This document shows, piece after piece, positions 52,020-61,064 of a stretch of 64,000 nucleotides of DNA. The notes below the pieces were generated by a model that saw nothing but the letters and a program-made list of their open reading frames with translations, made no database searches and had not been told where the DNA came from. Origin of the DNA: an uncultured bacterium (GTDB taxonomy: Bacteria > Planctomycetota > UBA1135 > GCA-002686595). The stretch is from NCBI GenBank assembly GCA_943787795.1, contig CALSNU010000003.1, positions 384,001 through 448,000 on the forward strand, read 5' to 3'. A program made the translations under genes and the position numbers. Within the stretch, counting starts at the first letter, position 1. The number at the start of each line of letters is the position of its first letter.

Positions 52020-52320
52020 CGGCGCTGGCCCCCGGGCCCTGGCTCTTCCGACGGCCCCAGTCGGGTCTCGAGGTGGCCTCGGCGCGACGCTGAGGGCTGC
52101 TTCGTGGCCCCTCCTCCCTGAGCCGGACTTGCGGCACTTGAGGTGCTGACCGTACTTGCAGCGCCATGGCTCAGGCACCCACTGAGCGCCCTCTGCACCT
52201 CGGGACCCCACTGCAATGGGCGACTGGAGACTGAGGAGACGGAAGAGCCGGAAGCGGGATGACGTTCACGACCACCCTCTCGGAGCCATACGGCTGCGTT
52301 GGGCTGCCGCGGTGTCGGCG

Positions 52321-53274
52321 CTAGTCCTTCGTGTCCACGGGCGCCACGCTGCCGCGGCCGCCGGTCTCGCCCCTGCCCGCGCCCTTCGTGTCTCCCTGCC
52401 CCCGCCCCTGTCCGCCGGTCAAAGACATACCGCTCCCGGGGACGACCTCCTCCTCCCCGCCGCCGGCCTCCGGGTCGGTCGCCGTCCCACCGGGAGCGAG
52501 GGGGAGCCCCAGGCGGGGAATCTCGCCCTCTGCGACCCGGAGGGGCTCGGGGAAGCGGATCACTCGGGTGTAGGTCATGGTGCGACGGTCCCGACCGCTG
52601 AAGTCCATGGACTCACGGTTGATCCGCGGCTTGAGCTCGACGGTCAGCGACAGTCGGATCCAGGCGGGCAGCCCTACCAGCTCCTCGTCACCTGACCGCT
52701 CTCCCCATGCGTCGTAGGGCTCGGCGTCGGGCCCGTCCTCGGCGAAGACCTCGATGTTGAAGCCCTTCACCTGATCCGAGAGGAAGATATAGGAGCCGCC
52801 CTCGAAGGGCTGCTCGTCGACGCCAAAGTCCTCGCGGCGGTAGATCTCGAGGAACTCGTCGTTCTCGACGTTCGGACGCAGCATGAAGCCGACCTCATTG
52901 ACGTCCGCGCGCAGGCTCTGGGACTCGTCGCTGAGGCCGACGACCAGGCTGTCGGTGGTGGTGACGAAGTCGATTCGATCAGCGTCCTGTCCGTTCACGG
53001 TCCGATCGGTAACCTCAAGCCAGGTGTTCCTGGGGCGGCTCGTCGTGAAGAGGCCGCGGATGTCCCGGATCATCAGCTCCAGCACCGCAGGCCCAGCCAG
53101 CTGCATCTCCTGGTAGTTGTGGATGGTGTCCCGGGTTCGGCGCGCGGCCTGCATGAGCTTGGAGATGCTGAGGAACATCATGCTCATGATGACGATCACC
53201 AGCAGCACCTCCATCAAGGTGAAGCCGCGGGAGCGAGTCGCGGCCCGCTGGAACTGGCGAGTGGCTTGCATCAT
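52321..53274 (-). CDS. gspJ: T2SS minor pseudopilin, GspJ-like
   Basis: RG|FTLMEVLLVI; LMIRDIR; C-terminal LPAWIRLSL; last gene of the operon. Confidence 0.75.
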   Translation of the reverse strand: MMQATRQFQRAATRSRGFTLMEVLLVIVIMSMMFLSISKLMQAARRTRDTIHNYQEMQLAGPAVLELMIRDIRGLFTTSRPRNTWLEVTDRTVNGQDADRIDFVTTTDSLVVGLSDESQSLRADVNEVGFMLRPNVENDEFLEIYRREDFGVDEQPFEGGSYIFLSDQVKGFNIEVFAEDGPDAEPYDAWGERSGDEELVGLPAWIRLSLTVELKPRINRESMDFSGRDRRTMTYTRVIRFPEPLRVAEGEIPRLGLPLAPGGTATDPEAGGGEEEVVPGSGMSLTGGQGRGQGDTKGAGRGETGGRGSVAPVDTKD

Positions 53275-53894
53275 CGTTGGCTCCCGGTCTCGGTACTTCC
53301 CTGTTGCCCTGGCGCTCCGCCTGCTCCGCCTTGGCCCTGGGCGGCTTCCTCTTCGGCGAGGAGGTCCTCCTCCGAGGGGCCGTAGACCTGCTCCCAGCGG
53401 ATCCAGCGCTCCAGCACCAATTCCTGAGGGTAGTCCGAGAACTTGGGGTAGCTGATGCGCAGCTTGATCTTCTCGAAGGGCTCGGTGTTCTCCTCGTCCT
53501 CCTCGAGGTCATCGTCCTGGGAGTCCTCCCAGTCACGGCGCGCCTCGTAGTTGTCGAAGGGGCGCTCGGTGCCGTCCTCGGAGGCCTCGGCCAGGGCGTC
53601 CTCCCCGAGGGCGACTTCCCAATAGAAGTCCGGCTCGTCCTGCTCGGCGAAGCTGCCGGTCAAGCCCGTCTCGATCTCCTCCTGCCAGAGACCCGCCGAG
53701 ATGAGCCCGAGCATCTCTGTTCCGAGCTCGTAGGCCGTCTTGCGCGCGCGGTTGTGGGCCGCGCTGAACTTGGCGCCCTCCAGTCCCTGGAGCATGACTG
53801 TGAGCACAATGGCGACGATCGCGATCGTCACCGCCGCCTCGGCCAGGGTGAAGCCAGCCTGCGTGAGTCTCGGGCGAGTGCGGAGGGGTCTCAC
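53271..53894 (-). CDS. gspI: T2SS minor pseudopilin, GspI-like
   Basis: AG|FTLAEAAVTIAIVAIV; position after gspH. Confidence 0.7.
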   Translation of the reverse strand: MRPLRTRPRLTQAGFTLAEAAVTIAIVAIVLTVMLQGLEGAKFSAAHNRARKTAYELGTEMLGLISAGLWQEEIETGLTGSFAEQDEPDFYWEVALGEDALAEASEDGTERPFDNYEARRDWEDSQDDDLEEDEENTEPFEKIKLRISYPKFSDYPQELVLERWIRWEQVYGPSEEDLLAEEEAAQGQGGAGGAPGQQGSTETGSQR

Positions 53895-54475
53895 CTGAAG
53901 TCTCCGTCCTCGGGTGCGCTGCGGATAAACACGTCCCGGTGAAACTTGAAGGTGCCCGTCAGGGCCATGACTTCGATCGTGAAGTAGTTCTCGTAAGCGG
54001 GCTGCTTGAGCACCACCTGGTGGTCGGAGGCCGCACCGCGGGGATCAAAGCGAGCGAACACCGGGCCTGCGTCGTAGGTCTCGCCTGCCACGCCGACGAC
54101 CTCGAACTCCACTCCGTCCGGCAGGCTCTGCCAGCTCCCATAGGAGCGCTGCGAGTCCTCGCTCTCGCCCTCCTTGAAGCGTCCGCCACCGAGGACGAAC
54201 GGGGTCACCCGGCGGTAGCGCTCTCCGTCGAGGTCGTACTCCACGAAGAACTCCAGCGAGCGGCTGATGGCCTGGCTGCGGGTCTCGCGCAGCATGGCGG
54301 TCAGGGATCGCACGGCCGTGTTGAGTCGCTCCTTGGGGACGAAGGCCTCGTAGCTGAGGGAGACGATGTAGGTGCCCATCCCGATCACCGCGGCCACGAC
54401 CATGAGCTCGATGAGGGAGAAACCCCGTCGGCGGTCGTCGCGCCCGGAGGCGTGGGAATAGGCGGCCCGGCGCAC
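53891..54475 (-). CDS. gspH: T2SS minor pseudopilin, GspH/FimT-like
   Basis: RG|FSLIELMVV; L...R.TRSQAI; ARFDPRG. Confidence 0.75.
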   Translation of the reverse strand: MRRAAYSHASGRDDRRRGFSLIELMVVAAVIGMGTYIVSLSYEAFVPKERLNTAVRSLTAMLRETRSQAISRSLEFFVEYDLDGERYRRVTPFVLGGGRFKEGESEDSQRSYGSWQSLPDGVEFEVVGVAGETYDAGPVFARFDPRGAASDHQVVLKQPAYENYFTIEVMALTGTFKFHRDVFIRSAPEDGDFR

Positions 54476-54478
54476 GGA

Positions 54479-54919
54479 TCAGACCTCGCCGTTGCGGATC
54501 ATCTGGTTATTGAAGTCCATGTTGTCACCCTCGCCGCCCGGGGACCCGTCGGCGCCATAGGTCCAGATCAGGTAGCCCGACCCGCCGGTGCCGTCCGGCT
54601 CGAAGATGTACTCGTTGCCCCAGGGATCTTTCGGGACGACCGTCTGCTTGAGATAGCTGGCGCCGAACTCGTCCTTCTCAACGAGGATCTCGAGGCTCTC
54701 GGGGAGGCGGGCCGCGTTGTCCATCTGGAAGGACTCAACGGCTTGGTCAATGGCCGAGATGTCTGACTTGGCCTTCGTTGCGGTCGCCTTGCCCAGCTTG
54801 GAGACGACGTTGGGGACAACGACCGTCATGAGGAGGCCGATGATGACGATGACGACCATCAGTTCGGCGAGCGAGAAGCCCGCGTTTCGTGCGGCGCTGG
54901 GGCGGCGTTGGATCTTCAT
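54479..54919 (-). CDS. gspG: T2SS major pseudopilin
   Basis: AG|FSLAELMVVIVIIGLL, VPKDPWGNEY, TYGADG.PGGEG.N.D. Confidence 0.93.
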   Translation of the reverse strand: MKIQRRPSAARNAGFSLAELMVVIVIIGLLMTVVVPNVVSKLGKATATKAKSDISAIDQAVESFQMDNAARLPESLEILVEKDEFGASYLKQTVVPKDPWGNEYIFEPDGTGGSGYLIWTYGADGSPGGEGDNMDFNNQMIRNGEV

Positions 54920-54970
54920 GGTTCGGATTGAGGTGGGGGCACCGTTGGGGTGCGGTGAAGGCCGGTCGAG

Positions 54971-56236
54971 TCAGACCTGGCCGATGTCGAGAATGGGCTG
55001 GACGATGGCAAACACGATGTAGCCCACGACGCCGGCGAGGAGGACGATCATGATCGGCTCCAGGAGGCTCGTGAACCGCTCCGCGGCGACCTCGATCTCC
55101 TCGTCGTACGCCGTCGCGATGCGGTCGAGCATCTGCTCGAGCTCGCCGGATTGCTCGCCAACGACGACCATGTAGCCCACGGTGGAGGGGAAGGCGCCGC
55201 TCTGGCGCAGCGGCGTCGCGATATCGGTGCCCTCGACCACGCGTTCCCGGATATGCCCGGTGGCGTCCGCGACGACACGGTTCCCCACGACGCTCTGGGT
55301 GATCTCGAGGGACTGAATCACGGGGACGCCGCTCTGGAGGAGGGTGGAGAGCGTGCGCGTGAACCGAGAGACCGCGGCCCGACGCATCAGGTCGCCGACG
55401 ACGGGAATGCGCAGGAGGGTGCGGTCGATCGCGAGCCTGCCGTCCTCGCCCTTCGAGTAGGTGCGCTCGAACATGAACGAGATCAGTCCGATGACGAGGA
55501 AGACCGCCCACCACCAGCTCTTCAGGAACTCACTCGCGCCCACCAGGATCCTGGTCGAGGGGGGGAGCTCCTTGTTCTGCTCGATGAGCATGCGGGTGAT
55601 CTCCGGCACGACCTTGGCCATGAGGATCGTGACCACGATCATGCCGATGCCGATCATCATCATCGGATAGGTCAGCGCGCCCACGATCTTGCGTCGCAGG
55701 GCGCGTTGGCTCTGCATGTAGTCGGCGAGCCGTGTCAGCACCGTGTCAAGGTTGCCCGCAGCCTGACCGGCGCGGACCATGTTGATGTACAGCGGGGTGA
55801 ACCAGCCCGGGTGCTTGGAGAGGGCATCCGCGAGGTTCGCACCCTGCTGGATGTCCTCCCGCAGCTCACGGCAGAGGGTCTCGACCTTCTTCTGCTCCGC
55901 CTGCTCCACGAGCGCAGAGAGCGACTCATTGAGGGCGATGCCAGACCCGAGGAGGGTCGCCAGCTGACGGGTCATCCCAGCCACGATGTCGATCTCTCGC
56001 GATCCGGGCCCCTGGCTCGAGGAGCGCGATTCGAGGAGCTTGGAGAGCCTGCTGGGCTTGCTCCCGTCCTTCGACTTGGAGCGGACCTTCTTGCCGCCGC
56101 GAGTGGCCGCGATGGAAGACACAATGAGGCTGTCCTTGCGCAGCTTCGTCCGTGCGTCGCGCTCCGTGTCAGCGTCGATGACGCCAGACTTGGTCGCGCC
56201 ACCGGTGGTGAAGGCCTTGTACTCGTAGATCGGCAT
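54971..56236 (-). CDS. gspF: T2SS inner-membrane platform protein
   Basis: MPIYEYKA, TRQLATLL.SGI, Y.NMVRAG..AGNL, ALTYP, RFTRTLSTLL.SGVP, GEQSGEL, LLEP. Confidence 0.93.
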   Translation of the reverse strand: MPIYEYKAFTTGGATKSGVIDADTERDARTKLRKDSLIVSSIAATRGGKKVRSKSKDGSKPSRLSKLLESRSSSQGPGSREIDIVAGMTRQLATLLGSGIALNESLSALVEQAEQKKVETLCRELREDIQQGANLADALSKHPGWFTPLYINMVRAGQAAGNLDTVLTRLADYMQSQRALRRKIVGALTYPMMMIGIGMIVVTILMAKVVPEITRMLIEQNKELPPSTRILVGASEFLKSWWWAVFLVIGLISFMFERTYSKGEDGRLAIDRTLLRIPVVGDLMRRAAVSRFTRTLSTLLQSGVPVIQSLEITQSVVGNRVVADATGHIRERVVEGTDIATPLRQSGAFPSTVGYMVVVGEQSGELEQMLDRIATAYDEEIEVAAERFTSLLEPIMIVLLAGVVGYIVFAIVQPILDIGQV

Positions 56237-56259
56237 AGGTGGTGGCTCGCGCGCTCGGC

Positions 56260-57960
56260 TCAGACGTCGAGCTGGGTGACGCGCAGGACCTCGTCCGGCG
56301 TGGTCACGCCCTGGATGATCTTCTTGCGACCGTCGGCTCGGAGGGTCTGGAACCCCTCGGCGATCTGCTCTCGTTTGATGTCCGAGGCGCCTGCGCCCTC
56401 CATGACCATCGTCCGGATGCGCTCCGTGACGGGCAGGAATTCGTAGATGGCGGTCCGCCCGGCGTACCCGGAGTGGAAGCACTCATCGCAGCCGGGGCCG
56501 TACGCGATCTGCCCGTTGAGTTGGTCGGCGGTCATGTCCACCTTCCGAAGCTTGGCCGCCCACTCATCGTCGATGGGCTCCACCACCTTGCAGTGGGGGC
56601 AGATGGTCCGCACCAGTCGCTGGGCGATGATGAGGACGATCGAGGAGGCCACCAGATACGACTCGACGCCCTGATCCACCATCCGGGTGATGGTGCTCGC
56701 GGAGTCGTTCGTGTGGACCGTTGAGAAGACGAGGTGGCCCGTGAGCGCCGCCCGGATGGCGACCTCAGCGGTCTCGAGGTCTCGGATCTCGCCGACCATC
56801 ATCACGTCGGGGTCCTGGCGCAGGAAGGAGCGCAGGCCCGACGCGAACGTCAGCCCCTTCTTCTGGTTGACCTGGACCTGGCTGATGCCGCCAATGGCGT
56901 ACTCGACAGGGTCCTCGATGGTGAGGATGTTCTTCTTGGTCGTGTCGATCTCCGCCATCGCGGCGTAGAGCGTGGTCGTCTTGCCCGACCCCGTCGGACC
57001 CGTCACGAGGACGATCCCGTGGTTGTAGTCCAGGTAGTCCCGGATCATCTCGAGGTTCTTGTCCTCGAGCCCGATCTCGTTGAGCCGGTACAGCTTGGCG
57101 GTCTTGTCCAGCAGTCGCATGACGATCCGCTCGCCTGTGCTGGTCGGGACCGAGCTGATCCGGACGTCGACCTCGCCGTCGCCGATTCGGAGCGACGCGC
57201 GGCCGTCCTGGGGCAGGCGGCGCTCCGCGATGTCCATCTTTCCCATGACCTTGACGCGGCTAATGATCGCGTCCTGGACGCGCTTGGGGATCGCGTCCAT
57301 GTCATAGAGGATGCCGTCGATCCGGAAGCGGACCTGCATGCGATCCGGGTACGGCTGGAAGTGAACGTCTGACGACCGCAGCTTGAGGGCCTGGAACAGA
57401 ATGGTGTTCACAAGCTTGATGATCGGCGCCTTGTTCGAGACGTCGAGGACATCCTCGGAGTCGTCGATCTCTGCGGCGAGCGAGCCGATGTCACCGTCCT
57501 CGGAGACCGCGTCCAGCGCCTCGTCCACTCCGTCGGCCTTGTGCCGATAGGCGCGCGCGATCAGCGCGGTGATCTCCTGGCGAGGCGCGAGGACCGCGTC
57601 AACCTCGGTGCCGATCATGGCCGCGAGGTCATCCATCGGGTGGGGATCCAGGGGGGAGCAGGTCGCCACCTTGAGGACCCCGTCGCCAGCCTCGAGGGCG
57701 ATCAGGTTGTAGTTCCGTGCGAAGTGCACGGGCACCCCGTCGACGAAGTCGCCGGGCACCTTCGTGCCGTCGAGGCTCTTGCGGAACTCGTAGCCGAGGT
57801 GCTTCGCGTAGATCTGGAGGAGGGTGCCCTCCTCCATGAAGTCCTTCGCGAGGATCACCCGATCGATGGAGTCGCCCGAGACCGCAGAGACCCCGCGGCA
57901 TTCCTCGAGTTGGTCCCGGGTGAGTCCGGCGTCCAGGAGCAGTTCTCCGATGCTGACCAT
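56260..57960 (-). CDS. gspE: T2SS assembly ATPase
   Basis: SDVHFQP, MDIAERRLPQDG, Walker A GPTGSGKTTTLY, TIEDPVE, LRQDPD..MVGEIRD, TGHLVFST.HTND, CxxC..CxxC zinc motif. Confidence 0.96.
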   Translation of the reverse strand: MVSIGELLLDAGLTRDQLEECRGVSAVSGDSIDRVILAKDFMEEGTLLQIYAKHLGYEFRKSLDGTKVPGDFVDGVPVHFARNYNLIALEAGDGVLKVATCSPLDPHPMDDLAAMIGTEVDAVLAPRQEITALIARAYRHKADGVDEALDAVSEDGDIGSLAAEIDDSEDVLDVSNKAPIIKLVNTILFQALKLRSSDVHFQPYPDRMQVRFRIDGILYDMDAIPKRVQDAIISRVKVMGKMDIAERRLPQDGRASLRIGDGEVDVRISSVPTSTGERIVMRLLDKTAKLYRLNEIGLEDKNLEMIRDYLDYNHGIVLVTGPTGSGKTTTLYAAMAEIDTTKKNILTIEDPVEYAIGGISQVQVNQKKGLTFASGLRSFLRQDPDVMMVGEIRDLETAEVAIRAALTGHLVFSTVHTNDSASTITRMVDQGVESYLVASSIVLIIAQRLVRTICPHCKVVEPIDDEWAAKLRKVDMTADQLNGQIAYGPGCDECFHSGYAGRTAIYEFLPVTERIRTMVMEGAGASDIKREQIAEGFQTLRADGRKKIIQGVTTPDEVLRVTQLDV

Positions 57961-57983
57961 GGGATGGTGGTGCGCTTACGCGC

Positions 57984-60338
57984 TCAGTCCTCCGGGGACT
58001 CGTCGTCGAGCATGCGTGCGGCCTCGAGGGGGGACAGTCCCACCTGATCGCCGGCGGTCTCGCCGCGCTGCGGGGGCGTGTAGAGGGGGAGGTCGAAGCC
58101 CTCCAGCCCGACGGATGATCCCGCGGCCTCGCTCGACATGCCGAACGTGGGGTCGATCTTGCGCAGGCGCTCGATACCGATCTCCCTCGCCGCCTCCAGC
58201 TTCTTCTCGTAGGAGATCTCCGCCAGGTCGGCGAACTCGGTGTCCTTGAGAATGTGTGGGGTGACGAAGAAGTAGAGGACCGTGCGGTCGCGGGTGCCGG
58301 TCTCCCGCGAGAAGAGTCGACCGAGGATCGGGATGTCTCCGATCCAGGGGACCTGGGTCCGCGTCGTGCTCTCGTTGTCCACGACGATCCCGCCGATGAC
58401 CATGGTTGAACCGTCGGGGACGTTGATCTGGGTCTCGATCGTCCGCGTGACCCGCGGCGGGGGGATGGGCCCCTGGACCGCGCCGATGAAGGTGGAGACC
58501 TCGAGGTAGACGTCCAGGCGGAGGTAGCGCGAGGCGCTGATGGAGGGGGAGATTGTCATGGTGATGCCCGCCTCCTCGTAGCCGTTGAAGTTCTCCTGCG
58601 TCTGTCCGCCAACGCCGCCGCCCGTGGCGGTAATCGTGGTGGTGGGCTGCTCATCCAGGGTGGAGACCGTGGCGGAGGAGTTGTTGTTGACGAGCACGCT
58701 CGGGACGTTGAGGACGTCCGAGTTGCGCTTCTCCTCGACCAGGGCGACGAGCATCGGAATGGAGAACTCATCTCCGTCGATGATGCCCGCGGTGACCCCT
58801 TGCCCGACCGTCGGCACACGCAGGTCGGGGACCCCGTCGCCGTCGGAGTCTTGGATGGTGGAGAGGCCGAAGCCGGTGACTCCGAAGCCGCCGCTCTCTC
58901 CAACCCCGGGGACGTCGGCGAAGCCAAGCTCGACGCCGATGTCGAGGAAGTCTCGACCGGTGAGCTCGATCAGCGCGGTCTCGATGAGGACCTGGTCCTG
59001 GCGTCGGTCGAGGCGCTCGATCAGGGACTGCAGCTCCTCGTAGCGGGTCCGGTTTGCGGCGATCAGCAGCGAGTTGGTCTCGGCGTCAGCGACCACCACG
59101 TATTCCCTGGCGTTGTTCGACGCCCTGGGGGCTCCTCCGCGCTGGTTCCCGGCGGCCGCGCCCTGCTCGAGTTGGACGGCGTCCTGAAGGAACTCGTCGA
59201 GAGTCTCGGCGAGGTCCTCGGCGCTGACGTTCTCGAGCGCGTAGATGTGGTAGTTCCGCTCGCGCTCCACCACGTCCACATCGAGGCGCGCCACGAGCTC
59301 CTTGATGCGCGGCATCTCATCCGGCATGGCCATGACGAGCAGGGAGTTCGTCCGGCTCTCGGTGAGGATCTTGGCCTCGCCTTGGTTGCGGTTCAGGGCC
59401 CCCTGGGGCCCCTGGGCCTGCGGTCCCGACGAGCGGTTCTGGTTCGCCGCTTCGAGCAGCTCCTCGACCGTCGCGGCGATGTCCTCCGCCGACGCGTACT
59501 CGAGCTTGATGACATCAAACTCGGGCGGGATCACGTCGGTCTGCGAGGCGTCGTCGATGATCTTCAGCATGTTCGCCAGCGCCACCACGTTGCTGCCGAA
59601 CCCGACCAGGACCATGGACTGGGAGTTGCCCGCCGGCAGCATCTGCTGCGTGTTGGGGTCGGTGATCATCGACCGCATCGAGTTGGAGACCTGCCGCACG
59701 TCCGTGTTGGGCAGGCTCACGACGGTGGTGATCAGGGTGGCGGGCTGATCCTCGTACTCGGGGAGCCGCTCGGGCTCCACGTAGAGCGCACCAGCACGCA
59801 GGTTGTTGCGCGCCGCGGTCGCCAGCGAGTCGATCTTGATGACGGAGATGTCGTCCTCGCCGATCTCCGTGCAGACGAAGTCGGAGATGATCATCATCAC
59901 CTGGAAGAAGGAGTAGAACCGCTCCTTCTTGATGGTCTTGGCACCCAGCAGGTTGACCTGCTGGTTCTTCAGCAGCTGCTCGGTCTCCGTGCCCCAGGTG
60001 AAGTTCAGTCCGGTGACCTGCTCGCAGGCCTGGACGAACTGGTAGAGCGTCATGCTCTCGTCCTCGTCGCTCTGGGCGAAGTTCAGCACATATGTGCCGC
60101 CCTTCTCCTGGATGACGTAGAGCTCCTCGTCCTCACCCTGGGCCAGCGCGGCGCTGCTCGCGCCGAGGGAGAGGGCCAGAACGCAAGCTGCCCGGCAGGC
60201 TGCCCCCAGGAAGCGCCGGGCCCTGGAGGGCCTGCTCTCTGTCTGGAGAAGGCGACCGAGATGGCGGCGGCTTCGGGCCATATCTGCCGAAATCCGAAGA
60301 TCCTGGGCGTTGGCGTCGCGTCGGGGAGCGTGGTTCAT
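57984..60338 (-). CDS. gspD: T2SS outer-membrane secretin
   Basis: N-domain repeats (L.YASAEDIA, ESRTNSLLV, DAETNSLLI), LDRRQDQVLIE, T.INVPDGST.VIGG, VPWIGDIPILG.LF, FVTPHI; start probably 60338 or 60281, not 60737. Confidence 0.93.
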   Translation of the reverse strand: MNHAPRRDANAQDLRISADMARSRRHLGRLLQTESRPSRARRFLGAACRAACVLALSLGASSAALAQGEDEELYVIQEKGGTYVLNFAQSDEDESMTLYQFVQACEQVTGLNFTWGTETEQLLKNQQVNLLGAKTIKKERFYSFFQVMMIISDFVCTEIGEDDISVIKIDSLATAARNNLRAGALYVEPERLPEYEDQPATLITTVVSLPNTDVRQVSNSMRSMITDPNTQQMLPAGNSQSMVLVGFGSNVVALANMLKIIDDASQTDVIPPEFDVIKLEYASAEDIAATVEELLEAANQNRSSGPQAQGPQGALNRNQGEAKILTESRTNSLLVMAMPDEMPRIKELVARLDVDVVERERNYHIYALENVSAEDLAETLDEFLQDAVQLEQGAAAGNQRGGAPRASNNAREYVVVADAETNSLLIAANRTRYEELQSLIERLDRRQDQVLIETALIELTGRDFLDIGVELGFADVPGVGESGGFGVTGFGLSTIQDSDGDGVPDLRVPTVGQGVTAGIIDGDEFSIPMLVALVEEKRNSDVLNVPSVLVNNNSSATVSTLDEQPTTTITATGGGVGGQTQENFNGYEEAGITMTISPSISASRYLRLDVYLEVSTFIGAVQGPIPPPRVTRTIETQINVPDGSTMVIGGIVVDNESTTRTQVPWIGDIPILGRLFSRETGTRDRTVLYFFVTPHILKDTEFADLAEISYEKKLEAAREIGIERLRKIDPTFGMSSEAAGSSVGLEGFDLPLYTPPQRGETAGDQVGLSPLEAARMLDDESPED

Positions 60339-60716
60339 CTGGCGGAACTCGTCTCGGGAGTCGAGGTTCGGACGGTTAGGAGTGGGGGCACCCGGCACAG
60401 CGCAAACACCCTGGTGGGTCGCGTAACGCTCTGCTTGCCGGTGGCTTATGTCTGTGGTAGGGCTCGGGGGAGGGCCGCCTATGGGTGCCCATTCAGCGTC
60501 CTCGTGGCCGAGGCCCAGGCGCGGTCCACAGGAGACGAAGCGCCTGCGCCTATCTTCCCGTCTAGGGGCCGCTGTTTCGACACGCAGGCGGGTTCGATTC
60601 ACGATTCTTGCACGATGGATGCGTAGGGCGAAGCCTGTAGCGCGTGGCGTTTCGGGGGCTTGTCTTGATTGCGCAGGTTCGTTGCCCGGCGGACCTCGCG
60701 CTGTCAGGCTCTCGAT

Positions 60717-61064
60717 ATGCCAGAGCGAGATTCCCATCCGGCCGAATCACCCGCGCCCTCGGTCGACGCCTCCGGCGGTCCGGATGGCTCCTCCGCAGCC
60801 TTGCCGGCTGGGGAGTTCTCGGCTCCGGTCGGCGCCTCAACTGAACCGGGCCGATCGGAGCGAGGGCGGGCCGGCGGCCTCTGGCTGATCGCGGTGGCGC
60901 TCGCCGCGTCCGTGGCGGCGGACGCCGCAGGCGCGGGCGGGGACCCCGATGCGCGCGGCTGGGCCCGGCCTGGAGCGTTCGCTGGCCTCGGCGCAGTGGC
61001 CGCTGCGGGGACGCTCCTCATCGCCATGCTCCTCGGTCGACTGCGGGAGGGGCGCCGTGGTTGA
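60717..61064 (+). CDS. Small membrane protein (2 hydrophobic segments), tentative
   Basis: ATG at 60717; stop overlaps the start of the next gene. Confidence 0.5.
   Translation: MPERDSHPAESPAPSVDASGGPDGSSAALPAGEFSAPVGASTEPGRSERGRAGGLWLIAVALAASVAADAAGAGGDPDARGWARPGAFAGLGAVAAAGTLLIAMLLGRLREGRRG

Noticed and set aside
60339..60737. N-terminal 130-aa extension of GspD in the ORF track
   Set aside because: Arg/Pro-rich non-coding-like sequence upstream of the signal peptide; more likely the divergent promoter region
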